DNA from: Eledone cirrhosa
Taxonomy: Eukaryota
Reading direction: 5' to 3'
Length of the DNA stretch: 64,000 nucleotides
NCBI GenBank assembly: GCA_964016885.1
Contig: OZ024764.1
Coordinates: forward strand, 22,320,001-22,384,000
Every line of letters starts with the position of its first letter. Position 1 is the stretch's first letter. Made by a program: the position numbers and the translations under genes. This document shows positions 53,011 to 64,000 of the stretch, piece by piece. Below the pieces are notes generated by a model. The model ran no database searches. It worked only from the letters and a program-made list of their open reading frames with translations, and had not been told where the DNA came from.

Positions 53011-53301
53011 ACACCTAGTATCTAGTCTATGTTGAGTGGTACGTCCTTCTCCAGTAAAGGAGTTAATATTCCCAACCATCTGTCTATCCTGTTTTCTGAT
53101 GAGAATGAAGTCAATCTAGTTTATCTCTTCACCTGATTGAAGTAACTAGATCAAGTAACTAGATGTTTTCCTGTAAGTTAGTGTTGCAGTGTTTGTGTCA
53201 CCATGTAAGGTTTATATCTATTAATATAGAGATGTAGTAAAGTTTTCACTGTTGTATCTCTATTTTCTAAATATCTTAATAATGTTTCTCTACTATTTCA
53301 G

Positions 53302-53654
53302 AATATCACATAACCTTGACAGAAAAGAGTCTTTTAAAGACAACAGAAAGATGTTACATACAAGTGATATAAACTTGTTTAGTCTGTGGTGAATTATGGT
53401 GAAATATTTCTTCTGAATTGAGATAAATAACAACATATTCCTTTTTCACTGTTTGGAATATTTACAAGATGATTTTACATTCTGATTAAACTTTGGATAT
53501 TTACAAAGGAGTTTTCAAAGTATTTGGATATTGACAAAGATCACATTTGGTAAAATTATGAACAATAGAAATATTTACATCAACATAGGAATATTTTCCA
53601 GAAGAGATGGGAAAATCATTATACCACTGTAATATTTGTGGTAAAGTATTCTCT
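53302..53654 (+). pseudogene. Decayed second ZNF exon
   Basis: Paralog of 7929-8280. Confidence 0.7.
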
Positions 53655-53661
53655 ATTCTTT

Positions 53662-54618
53662 ACTAGACATGAAAAATGCGCAAGCTCAAAAGTGCCACAG
53701 AATGTTATAATAAACCTTCAAAAGTGTGGGACTAGAGTTGTTGCTAAAAAATATTGTAATCATTATATATCGTACATTCTGTGGCATCCTTTATAAAAAT
53801 AGCTTAAACCAACGAAGCCTTTATTTTTACGCTATTTCACTTAGTTAATTCTTAGAGTGTAACATATAAAAATATGATTTACAACTATAAAATAAATTAA
53901 TTAATATAATAACAGAGCTGCGGAGCTGAAATTTAGGAAATAATGGAGTATCGGATCCTGAGTTGGAGCCAGTCAATTTTTGGCCGACTCCGCAGCCCTG
54001 TATAATACATTTCATATTAAAGTTATTAATAAACCTATTTTACACTTCATGCAAATTACCACGAGATATTGATATTAGATATAAGATACAGCGCAATATC
54101 TACAGCTGTAAAAGTACGAAAGCGAAGTAATAATAAGTGGCTTAAGGTAATTCCAATATGAAAGTTTGTAGTGATAAAAATTTGATAATGCAATACGATT
54201 GTTAATATTATAGTTCTATGAAAATGTAACAATAGATAACTAAATTATTTTACTATTAGTATATTTAAGAAATTATCATTATAGATTTGATCGTTCATAT
54301 AAGCATCATATTAATTTTCGACACAATTATTTTGTTACTATGAGTATATGATAATAATATTACGTAATTATTTATAGCTGTTATTACATTAAACATAGAT
54401 GTATTTATTTTTATATGTTACACTCTAAGAATTAACTAAGTGAAATAGCGTAAAAATAAAGGCTTCGTTGGTTTAAGCTATTTTTATAAAGGATGCCACA
54501 GAATGTACGATATATAATGATTACAATATTTTTTAGCAACAACTCTAGTCCCACACTTTTGAAGGTTTATTATAACATTCTGTGGCACTTTTGAGCTTGC
54601 GCATTTTTCATGTCTAGT
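53662..54618. repeat. Long inverted repeat: 213-bp arms (53662-53874 / 54406-54618), 531-bp spacer
   Basis: ACTAGACATGAAAAATGCGCAAGCTC...TAACATATAAAAATA and its reverse complement, no mismatch seen. Confidence 0.92.
53913..54000. mobile_element. 88-bp hAT-type MITE
   Basis: TIR CAGAGCTGCGGAG / CTCCGCAGCCCTG; flanks TATAATAA and TATAATAC (7 of 8 TSD match). Confidence 0.7.
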
Positions 54619-55209
54619 TTAATATTTTTTTAAGGCAACGCTTGTAATAACTCTAGTTAAAGAGGATATATATTAATAATAAATTATCGTTGTAATGTAA
54701 TTAGATTATGTAATTGTTATTATAAATTATCTTATAAATATTAGTGTAAGATGTATAAAAATATTTTCAGACTTTTAATATAAACAACTACAAAAAACAA
54801 TCAATATTAAATCAATATATTATACATAATAGAAAACATAAAATATACAATACAAAAACAAAATATTTACATACAATTGCAATTATCAGTGTATATACAT
54901 TTTCTTTATATTCCCTGAGCAAATTAATAAGATTTGTTTTTATTGTACATAATTTGATGACTTGTTGGAGTGTATTAAAAGATAGCAACAATTTGTGATT
55001 AAATTGTTATCTTAAGCAACTCACTTTTTAATAGTTGTTGGCTGAGCGAAATTGTAAAAGCCTATGAGCAAATATAAAAAAAAATACACAAACAACATTT
55101 CCTTGTGTTATTACAACATTAGATAAAATAATTGAGCAATGTCGTTATATTTTGCTCTTATTGCACATTAATAGTGTTTCTATTTTTCGGCACAAATCCA
55201 TTACGGCAG

Positions 55210-55340
55210 TCCATTACTGGTACTTTATTTTATCGAATTAGTAAGTATGAAAGTCGAAGTTAACCTCGGCAGGATTTGAACTTAGAATGCAAAGGACTAT
55301 AACAATACTGCAAAGCATGGTGTCTGACGCTCTACCAATA
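55210..55340 (-). mobile_element. Meta-domain tRNA SINE
   Basis: Reverse complement of the 59105-59290 family. Confidence 0.75.
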
Positions 55341-55809
55341 CTTGTGTTGAGCTGGTCATTAATTTATGGTGGTCGTGCGTGGAGTAGAGCAATCGCTAGT
55401 TGAAATATTATGAACAAAGCATTTTTATTTGCCGAAGAACATATTTTCAATACTGTTTGTGAATGTGACGAAGGAAATACATTCTGATATGGAACAGTGT
55501 ACAAAGTGTGTCTGTGAATAACATAATGTTACCTCATGTTGTTGTCAAGACATAATGGATTTCGTATATCCAGTTAGAAGATGAAACCTAGCCATCTCGG
55601 ATTAGTTATATTTCATGCCATGTGTAAACGTGTTTGAGGATAGCAAAATATGCGTGTTTCTTGTCTGGAAACTTTCTGCTAAACTGATTGGTTTCGTTTT
55701 TGGCACTATACAATACTCATCCAACAGATAGCTGTATTGGATCCTTGATTGGTTAATATTTAGGTGAGGGTGCTTGATGCAGAGTTAGTGCAAAATGGAT
55801 CAATGAGTG

Positions 55810-56462
55810 TAATAATAATAATGATAATAATAATGAAAATATTGTGTACAATGCTGAGGTGCACTACAACTCATCAAAAGTGCATATATAATACATAGGG
55901 TAATATAAAAACGTCAGGAAAAAAGAACAGTGCATGAGTCATGATATACACATATGTGCATGTGTATGGAAGGGGGACATCAGGTGTAGTTTTGGTGTAT
56001 TTCGGAATGTATGATGGTTTTAAAGGATGCAGTGTGTCATCAGCTAACAACTGATGCAGGAAGTTTGTTCCATCCTTCAGCAACTCTGAGCATGAAGAAA
56101 TATTTCCTAAAGTCATGGGAGCTGTGTTGTTTTCTGACTTTGTAGGCATGTCCACGTGTTAGACACATGGAGATCAAAAAGGTGTTCGGGGTTGTTGTTG
56201 GTCGGATGGTTAATAACTTTGTGGGTGTTTACCAAGTCCATTGCCAGAGGGAAGCAAAATATTCAGGGTATGGTAGGTGTCTGATGGAGGGTATGCGTTT
56301 GGTTGCATGTCTCTGAACAGTTTCCAGGAGGTCAATGTTCTGAGCAAGATAGGGGTTCCAGACTGATGACGCGAACTCCAAGTGTATTCGTACCATAGAT
56401 GTATACAGCTTTAAATAGATGGCTGGAGAGCAGCTAATGAAGGTCTTGCTGATTGATGCCAA
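55810..56462 (-). mobile_element. CR1/L2-group LINE 3' fragment
   Basis: KLYTSMVR.HLEFASSVWNPY....IDLLE.VQR.ATKRIP....LPYPE and (TTA)n tail. Confidence 0.88.
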
Positions 56463-56674
56463 GTCAATCTTAATAAATTGACTGATTTATCTGTTCACTA
56501 CTGCTAATCCACCGCTGTTTGTACAATTTTTTAGATAATGTCAATTTGAGCTTGAATCATTGGCGTAATGAAATTTGAAAAGATTATAAGCAAATCTTTT
56601 TTAAAATACACAGACAACATTTAACTGTATCGTTGCAACATTAGATCTAATAATGGAGCAACATTTGTGCAGAA

Positions 56675-57139
56675 TTATTGTTTGTGCAATAAGATATTTG
56701 CAGATCTGTACTTGGTCTGCTCTTTAGCCAACTCGGTACGTTTAGAAGCTCTACGCTCGGCTTGCTTTTGAGATATAATAGCTGAATTTGCAGATCTATA
56801 CTTGGCCTGCTTGTTTGCCAACTCATACCGTTTTGAACATCTATACTTGGCCTGTTTTTGTGTTAATTTAGCAAAATTCACAGCTCTATAATCGGCCTGT
56901 TTTTGTCTCAACTTCTCCCGATTCCGCATCCGGTAAGCTGCTTTCACATCCAATTTAATACGCCCATCTAGATTATTAGCACAGGAATGTGAACAAGCTT
57001 GTGGGACCGCATCATTGTAAGTATATGAACTGCCTACAACATCAAGACCCAATTCACAAGTGCAGCGTTGCTCATTCACATCGGCAGTGGGGACACCAAA
57101 ATCAGTGACAGGTCTCGATTCACTCGCGAGATACATCAC
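56675..57139 (-). other. Orphan ORF with about six 15-aa basic helical repeats (KQAKYRxxNxxxLxx); probably a decayed mobile-element gene
   Basis: 45-nt periodicity in the DNA; the frame continues past 56675 with scattered stops. Confidence 0.45.
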
Positions 57140-57167
57140 AGCTACACTATATATTTAAACATATATA

Positions 57168-57225
57168 CAGTGATATCTCGCTACTTGGCGGTTCAACTAT
57201 CGCGGATTCACGATTTCGCGCATTT
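57168..57225 (+). mobile_element. Tc1/pogo-type MITE terminus
   Basis: TA|CAGTGATATCTCGCTACTTGGCGGTTCAACTATCGCGGATTCACG; partner TIR not found. Confidence 0.45.
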
Positions 57226-57417
57226 TTAGAATATATATATGAACACCTAAAATTTTTCATTAAATCCATTAAAATATTAATAATAAACACAGTTCTAATC
57301 ATACGCTATATATATATATATATAAATATAAGTAATTAATACCGTATAAATGGTACAAAGACTGTTTATGTAAAATGTATTTCTCAACAGAGTATTGAAT
57401 ACTTAGGAGAAATTCAA

Positions 57418-57611
57418 AACGAAGAGTGATAAAATTTCAAGCAAAGAGTTTAATTAGGTAATGACTTACAAATTTGTTTCAGTATATAGACAAAGCCTGA
57501 AGCGCTAATTATAATAATTAGTTAATAATATTATATTAAAGATATACTGAAACAAATTTGTAAGTCATTACCTAATTAAACTCTTTGCTTGAAATGTTAT
57601 CATTCTTCGTT
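57418..57611. repeat. Inverted repeat, 70-bp arms (2 mismatches), 54-bp loop
   Basis: 57418-57487 versus reverse complement of 57542-57611. Confidence 0.9.
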
Positions 57612-58714
57612 GAGAGAGAGAGAGAGAGATTTATCTAGTCCTTCGCTCAAGATTAATCTATAAGTTTAGATGTCTGCCTTCGTTTAAGTAAATATTACAG
57701 TAAGATTTTTAATATAAACAACTACAAAAAACAATTAATATTAAAACGAAAAAATTATCAATGATAAAAGAAGCGGATGCAACTTTTTTTTTTATAAAGT
57801 TATATTCCTGTTTCTTTAAAGAACATTTCATTTTTGTTCTATTGTAGGCGAAATAATGCAATGGTTTAATAGGGAAGATATAACTTACCAATTATGTCTC
57901 TAACCGTGTAACGCTTTTTAAGTAGATAACTACAATTGAAAATACTAAAGAAATGGAACCAACAATTCAATTTGAAAGTCGTCTACTTATAGTGACAGTG
58001 TATTACTGGTACTTTATTTTATCGACCCCGTAACGATGAAAGGCAAATGCTTAAAATTTAAATTGCCTTAATTCTATCGTCTGCTGTTTCATTAAAGGGA
58101 GATTCTCGTCTGTATTTAATTCTATCGTCTACTGTTCCACTAAACAGATATACCTCCACTATCGTCTCTATTTATACATTTTAACTTATAACTTATACAC
58201 ATTTGATTTGAAATATTTTATCTAGTCCTCCCTCTCAATATTATGATGATTTCTTTCGAATGAAACAGTTCTAGTCCTGTAGAAGCCATTTATATATATA
58301 ATTGAACTGAGTTAAAAATTCACAATATTTATAATTAAATAAGCTCATATATATATGTGTGTATTTATCTGTTTATTGTATTATATATAATGTGTGTATA
58401 TACAGGATGTCCCCCAAAAATATATACACACTTCAACAGCATTCTAATAACTATTGCCTGTACAGGTAATCAAAGTGTCAATCGAATGTTAGTTTCATGT
58501 TTTAACAGTACAAATTTACAATACACACATAAAACCAGTGTATATACATACATGAGTGTGTATACACATACATGAATGTGTATATACAATATATATGTAT
58601 ATATATATAGACACATATATTCACGGTGCAACGGAACATTAAAATATAGATGCGGGAGGGGGGGGGGTGTATATAGGGGCGCTGGGGATAAAGGAGTGTA
58701 AAGCGTGTGTAATT

Positions 58715-58960
58715 GATATATTGAAGGAGAGGAGCGTGCAGCGATAGAGTAACAAATATATAGAGAGGGGGAGAGATGGTATTGAAGGGGAGGAGTGCAG
58801 AGCAAAAGAGTAAGAGAGATATATATAGAGCCGGAACAGATAGAGAGAAACAGGCGTAAGTAACAGTGGAAGAGATATATAGAGAGGGGGAAATGTGTTA
58901 TTGAAGGGGAGGAGTGTAAAGCGAAAGCGTAAGATATATATAGAGAGAGGGGGAATAGTG
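58715..58960. repeat. Imperfect ~60-bp purine-rich tandem repeat
   Basis: Recurring TATTGAAGGGGAGGAGTG and TATATAGAGAGGGGG blocks. Confidence 0.7.
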
Positions 58961-59104
58961 TATATATATATATATATATCAACACTTACTCTGATTGGTT
59001 GAAAATTAGCCAATGACATACGATCACCACCACCACGGCTATCCCGGGGAAATTTATGAAGAAGTTAGGCATACATATATGTTATTATATTATATTATAT
59101 TATA

Positions 59105-59290
59105 AGGGCGGTGGATTGGCAGTATCGGTAGAGGGTCGGACGCCATGCTTTCCAGCATAGTTACGTCCCTTTACGATCTGAGTTCAAATCCCGCCGAGGT
59201 TGACTTTGCCTTTCATCCTTACGGGGTCGATAAAATAAAGTACCAGTAATGCACTGGGTAATTGCTGGCCTTGTGCCTAAAGTAGAAACA
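59105..59290 (+). mobile_element. Full-length Meta-domain tRNA SINE
   Basis: TGGCAGTATCGG A-box, GAGTTCAAATCCC B-box, GCCTTTCATCCTTACGGGGTCGATAAAATAAAGTACCAG, TATTA-rich flanks. Confidence 0.82.
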
Positions 59291-59674
59291 ATTATATTAT
59301 ATTATATGTTATAATGTTATAGAACACGAAAAGTGAACATTAAGTTGTTTCACACTTTTCGTGTTCTAACAGATATACATACAGACACACATATACACAC
59401 CCACACATATATATATAAGAAATAATAATCACACACGCAATACTAATTGACACCATATCACTATAGAGACCTGTTGTAAATAAACAAAGAGTGTATCGTA
59501 AATTTCATTGTAAAAAAAACAAAAAACACATTCACTTGTCAGAAAACCTAGTTTCATTTTCGAGGACGTAAAACTTAACCTATGCCCTTAGCTGTTCTAT
59601 TTTAATTACATTTACTGATTTCAACTTTCATTTTTCTATTACAAACTTTACATAATTTAATTCCGTAAAAATAT

Positions 59675-59808
59675 TTTACGTCACAAAAAAACATTGAAGC
59701 ATGCGCAGTGGTGCAGTTGTCGACTTCCTGTCCACGTGTTAGTCTTCCTACAACAACATTTAGACAACATTTCTGTAAATACTAAACACCTGAGACTATA
59801 ATGTAAGT
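59675..59808 (+). promoter_or_regulatory. Putative promoter/exon 1 of unit 5
   Basis: Same motif cluster without the DR1-like site; donor GTAAGT at 59803. Confidence 0.6.
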
Positions 59809-60334
59809 ATTATGTCTATTAATATTGTAGATTTAAGCTCACTTTTCACATCACAAATATATATTTTCTTGTTTGTTTCATTACTGGAAATATAAAATGT
59901 TATCGTAATTATCTATATTTTACCTACCTCTAATTAATTAAAGTGAAAACTTTTGTTGTTGCTGAAAAATAAATTAACAAAACTAAATATTTAAATATTC
60001 TAAAGGTCGTTTTTATATTATGTGATGATATAATTAATATATTTTATTACAATTGTATAAATTTACAGTAGAATAACGTTGTAAATATGTTTTAAATATA
60101 TACATAAATAACGTGTGTAAATAACATTATAAATTGCTGGCAATTCCTTGAGAAAGACATTACAAATATATTGTCTAAACTGTGTATAATAATATAATTT
60201 ATTGAACAATAATGATAAAGGAAAGAAAAACACAGTGGGAGATGGCAATTCACCACCAAATGTGATAATAGGTCACACCTCACACCTTAGGGGTTAACTA
60301 CACACTTTGAGGCAAGCCAACACACTGGCAGCAT

Positions 60335-60617
60335 TACTAAGGTGTTGAAATAACCAGGTACCCTCACGGGTATCACCTGGTACCTCAGTAAGGCGAGGCT
60401 AAGGTGCTGAAATAACCAGGTACCCTCACGGGTATCACCTAACACCTCGGTAAGGTGAGGCTAAGGATCTGAAATAACCAGGTACCCTCACGGGTATCAC
60501 CTGACACCTCGGTAAGGTGAGTCTAAGGGGCTGAAATAACCAGGTACCCTCACGGGTATCACCTGACACCTTGGTAAGGTGAGTCTAAGGGGCTGAAATA
60601 ACCAGGTACCCTCACGG
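60335..60617. repeat. 62-bp repeat, ~4.5 copies
   Basis: CCCTCAC at 60361, 60423, 60485, 60547, 60609. Confidence 0.95.
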
Positions 60618-61483
60618 AAACGACTAGATTTGTAAAAAAAGTAGGGTGAAAGTATACGAAGAGATGTAGTTTCACAGATCTACTCACACCACGTTGGGTG
60701 GGAAATAATTATTTTTCTTAGATTTTTTTCTAGACCCCTTTTCAATATTTTCTCTGAACCCCTTAGATACTTGCAATAGACGTTTTATTCCCCAGTATTA
60801 GGGTTAGGGTTTCCGTTTTCAGGAAGAAAAGTCGATTGCAAACATCTAAGAGGTCGAGAAATAAAATTAAGGAAAGATAATTATTTCCCAGCCAACTGGA
60901 GAAGTGTGTAGCTCTTCTAAACTCTGATAATCCTGTCTCCCACTTCTTTATCTACAAATCTAGTCGTTTCCTGCTACTTTGAAGGCCCTATTTATTGATA
61001 ACACCACTTGTAAATCTTTGTCAACTTTTCATACGTAAATTGTGAATCAGTTATTTTAAAACAAACTATCAAAGAAGTGATCTCACAGCAACTGTGTTTG
61101 ATATAATCAACTTATTCCCCCCAAACATTATCGACCTTGTGTCTGAATCAGAAACTATTATAAGATCTTAAATCAACCTCGTAAAGATGAAGGGCAAAGC
61201 TAACCTCGGCGGGATTTCAACCCTTTATGTTATGAGTTCAAATCCCACCAAAGTTAACTTTGTCTTTCATTCTAACGGAGTGGATAAATTAAAGTTCCAG
61301 TAATCTACTGGGGTCTGAGATATTAAGGTTTGAGTAGATTCTATCTTTTTGTGTGTTTGTATTTATAATCTTACTAGAACACCTGTGACCTGTTGCGTCA
61401 CGTTCCCTTTAAAAATAATATTTAAATAATTAAAATATACACAGACATGTATATAATGTAAAATGAAATTAGTAGGTAGGCCC

Positions 61484-61484
<1 letters not shown>

Positions 61485-61560
<76 letters not shown>

Positions 61561-61594
61561 TGTGTGTGTATATATATATATATGTGTGTGTGTA

Positions 61595-61642
<48 letters not shown>
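61485..61642. repeat. Expanded (TA)n/(TG)n microsatellite inside the intronic Helitron (CTAG end at 61374)
   Basis: Direct reading. Confidence 0.95.
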
Positions 61643-61647
<5 letters not shown>

Positions 61648-64000
61648 ACAGCGACGGCTTCAATAGAGTACATGGAGGCCATGGAGTTGGAATGAGGAAG
61701 GATTCAGACTTCTAGAATTCTGCGACGCCAATGATATGTCGATATGTAACACAAACTTTAAAAAACCCGACAACCACCTGATCACCTATAGATCAGGGGA
61801 GCACTCTAGTCAGTTAGATTTTATCCTCATCAGAGGACGTGACAGATGGACGGTCGTAAACACAAAAGCCTTCCCTAGTGAGGAATGTACATCCCAACAT
61901 AGCTTAGTTGTCAGCGACCTCACGGTCAGAACTAGACGAACCCGGAAACAGAGGCCAACCTGGAGAAGAAAGATCTGGAAGCTGAAAGTCCCCTCAACCA
62001 GTAACAGATTTAAAGATATTTTACTCAACGCCTACGACAGAAAAGAAGAACAGATAGAGACATTTAACGTAGAAGATAACTGGGAGTTCCTATAAAATAA
62101 CTTACTAAAGGTGACGGATGAGATCTGTGGCTGGAGTAAGACCTCAAGCAGGAGGAGAGTGACTTGGTGGTGGAACAATAAGGTAGATGAAGCAGTTAAG
62201 GCCAAGAGACAGGCATGGAAAGAATGGAAGAACGGGGGGAGCAGGGTACATTACATAGAGACCAAGAGGGAAGCTAGGCGACAAGTATACTTAACTAGGA
62301 GGGAAGCAGAGGATAGAAAATTCAAGCATGTTTTACAACGTGGGGACCAGAAACAGGAGGTATTCAAGATTGCGAGGCAGTGTGTCAGAGATAGTTGTGA
62401 TGTCATTGGAGAGAAGTGTATCCGGAATGATAAAGGTGAGCTTGCCCTCACAAGTGCTGAGAAGAAAGATGCATGGAAGAGTCATTATGATAGATTACTA
62501 AATGAGGAGAATGCATGGGAAGAAGAGACCCTACCCCAAGTAGACCCTATAGAGGGACCAGCAGTACAAGTCAGCAGCAGCGTAGTAAGTAAGGCAATCA
62601 AAGATATGAAGATGGGGAAGGCAACCGGTCCATCGGGTATAGCTGCCGAGATGCTGAAGGCATCTGGGTCTGTAGGTCACACTATAACCACACGTATCGT
62701 TAACCAGGTAATACTAGAAGGGGCCATACCAAAAGACTGGTGCAGTAGCATCATTGTCAACTGCTACAAAGGTAAAGGCGATGCACTAGATAGAGGAAAC
62801 TATAGAGGTATAAAGTTGATGGACCAGGTCATGAAAGTAACAGAAAGAGTTATAGCACAGCTGATTAGGGACCAGGTGAAAATAGACGAGATGCAATTTG
62901 GGTTTGTACCAGGAAGAGGCACCACTGATGCCCTCTTCCTTGTGAGGCAATTACAGGAAAAGTACCTAGCTAAAAGTAAGCCACTCTACTTGGCATTTGT
63001 CGACCTTGAGAAAGCCTTTGACAGAGTTCCACGTGTTGTAATCTGGTGGGCTCTTAGAAAACTAGGAGTAGATGATTGGCTTGTGAAAGCGGTACAAGCC
63101 ATGTATAGGGGAGCAGTCAGCAAAGTTAGGATTAGCAATGAGTATAGCGAGGAATTTAGCGTACAGGTTGGGGTCCACCAAGGCTCTGTTCTTAGCCCTC
63201 TCCTGTTCATCATAGTCCTGCAGGCAATAACGGAGGAGTTTAAGACCGGATGCCCATGGGAACTCCTGTATGCTGATGACCTCGCACTCATAGCTGAATC
63301 TATGGTAGAACTAGAGAATAAATTCCAAACCTGGAAGCAGGGACTAGAAAGAAAGGGTCTCAAAGTCAACCTGACAAAGACTAAGGTCCTTGTAAGTAGA
63401 CGAGAAAGCAGAACCCAGATCCCCTCAGGGAAATGGCCTTGCTTAGTATGTGGGAAAGGTGTAGGTAGGAACTCCGTCCTCTACCCCAAATACAAACAAT
63501 GGGTACACAAGAGATGTAGCGGGATCTCAGGAAGCTTAATTAAGAATGTAGGATTCACATGCAGCAGCTGTGCTGAAACAGCAAGCAGCAAACAGCCACA
63601 GGAAACAAGTACCACCAATTTCTGGGAGGGCCCTGTAGAAACAGTAGACAGCTTCTGCAACCTAGGTGAGCGAATTAGCAACGGAGGTGGGTGTTCAGAA
63701 AGTACAATAACTAGGGTAAGAACGGGATGGAAGAAGTTTAGGGAACTACTACCACTGCTAGCTGCAAAAGGCTTCTCCCTCAGAATGAAAGGCAGACTGT
63801 ATGATGCGTGTATCCGAACAGCGATGTTGCATGGTAGTGAGACCTGGGCGCTGAAGGTGGAAGACTTACGTAGATTAGAGAGAAACGAAGCCTGCATGCT
63901 CCGATGGATGTGTAACAGTAATATACGTGAACGACAAAGCATAAATGAATTGAGAGAGAGACTGAGCATAAGAGGAATCAAATGCTGTGTGCAGGAGAGG
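61643..64000 (+). mobile_element. RTE-clade LINE, close sibling of 48207-51270, runs off the window
   Basis: Near-identical to the reverse complement of ~48745-51102; 7-bp deletion near 61690, TAA at 62093-62095, Cys>Tyr changes near 63484-63495. Confidence 0.95.

Noticed and set aside
60335-60617. Palindromic 62-bp repeats as a CRISPR array
   Set aside because: No unique spacers, no cas genes, eukaryotic context
61422-61715. YI-rich ORFs
   Set aside because: (TA)n microsatellite translation

Overview
AT-rich eukaryotic DNA. The HCDICGKSF...HTGEKP finger consensus, RTE/CRE/CR1 LINEs, CORE- and Meta-type SINEs and (TA)n tracts suggest an octopus/cephalopod C2H2 zinc-finger cluster (organism is an inference). 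The window is a tandem array of about five 13-17 kb paralogous units. Each unit runs: promoter and short non-coding exon 1, a 62-bp repeat, an intron full of TE relics, one zinc-finger-only exon, an 80-82-bp minisatellite, a decayed second ZNF exon, and a non-autonomous Helitron. The units show different fates: ZNF-A (5167-6615, 17 fingers, intact); ZNF-B (21333-22028, 8 fingers, one TGT>TGA stop); ZNF-C (36952-38907, 23 fingers, open frame but with a duplicated promoter and a lost splice acceptor); unit 4 (ZNF exon deleted); unit 5 (runs off the window end). Mobile elements include a young 5'-truncated RTE with a 928-codon open frame and a close inverted sibling, a degenerate CRE-clade element, a Tigger/pogo element, two SPIN/GTF2IRD2-like hATs, piggyBac- and hAT-type MITEs, Helitrons and SINEs. 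A non-unit segment (53660-59580) holds a 213-bp perfect inverted repeat, smaller hairpins and an orphan ORF with 15-aa repeats. No rRNA, tRNA or CRISPR is supported. Everything was read by eye, so edges of degenerate elements are approximate.
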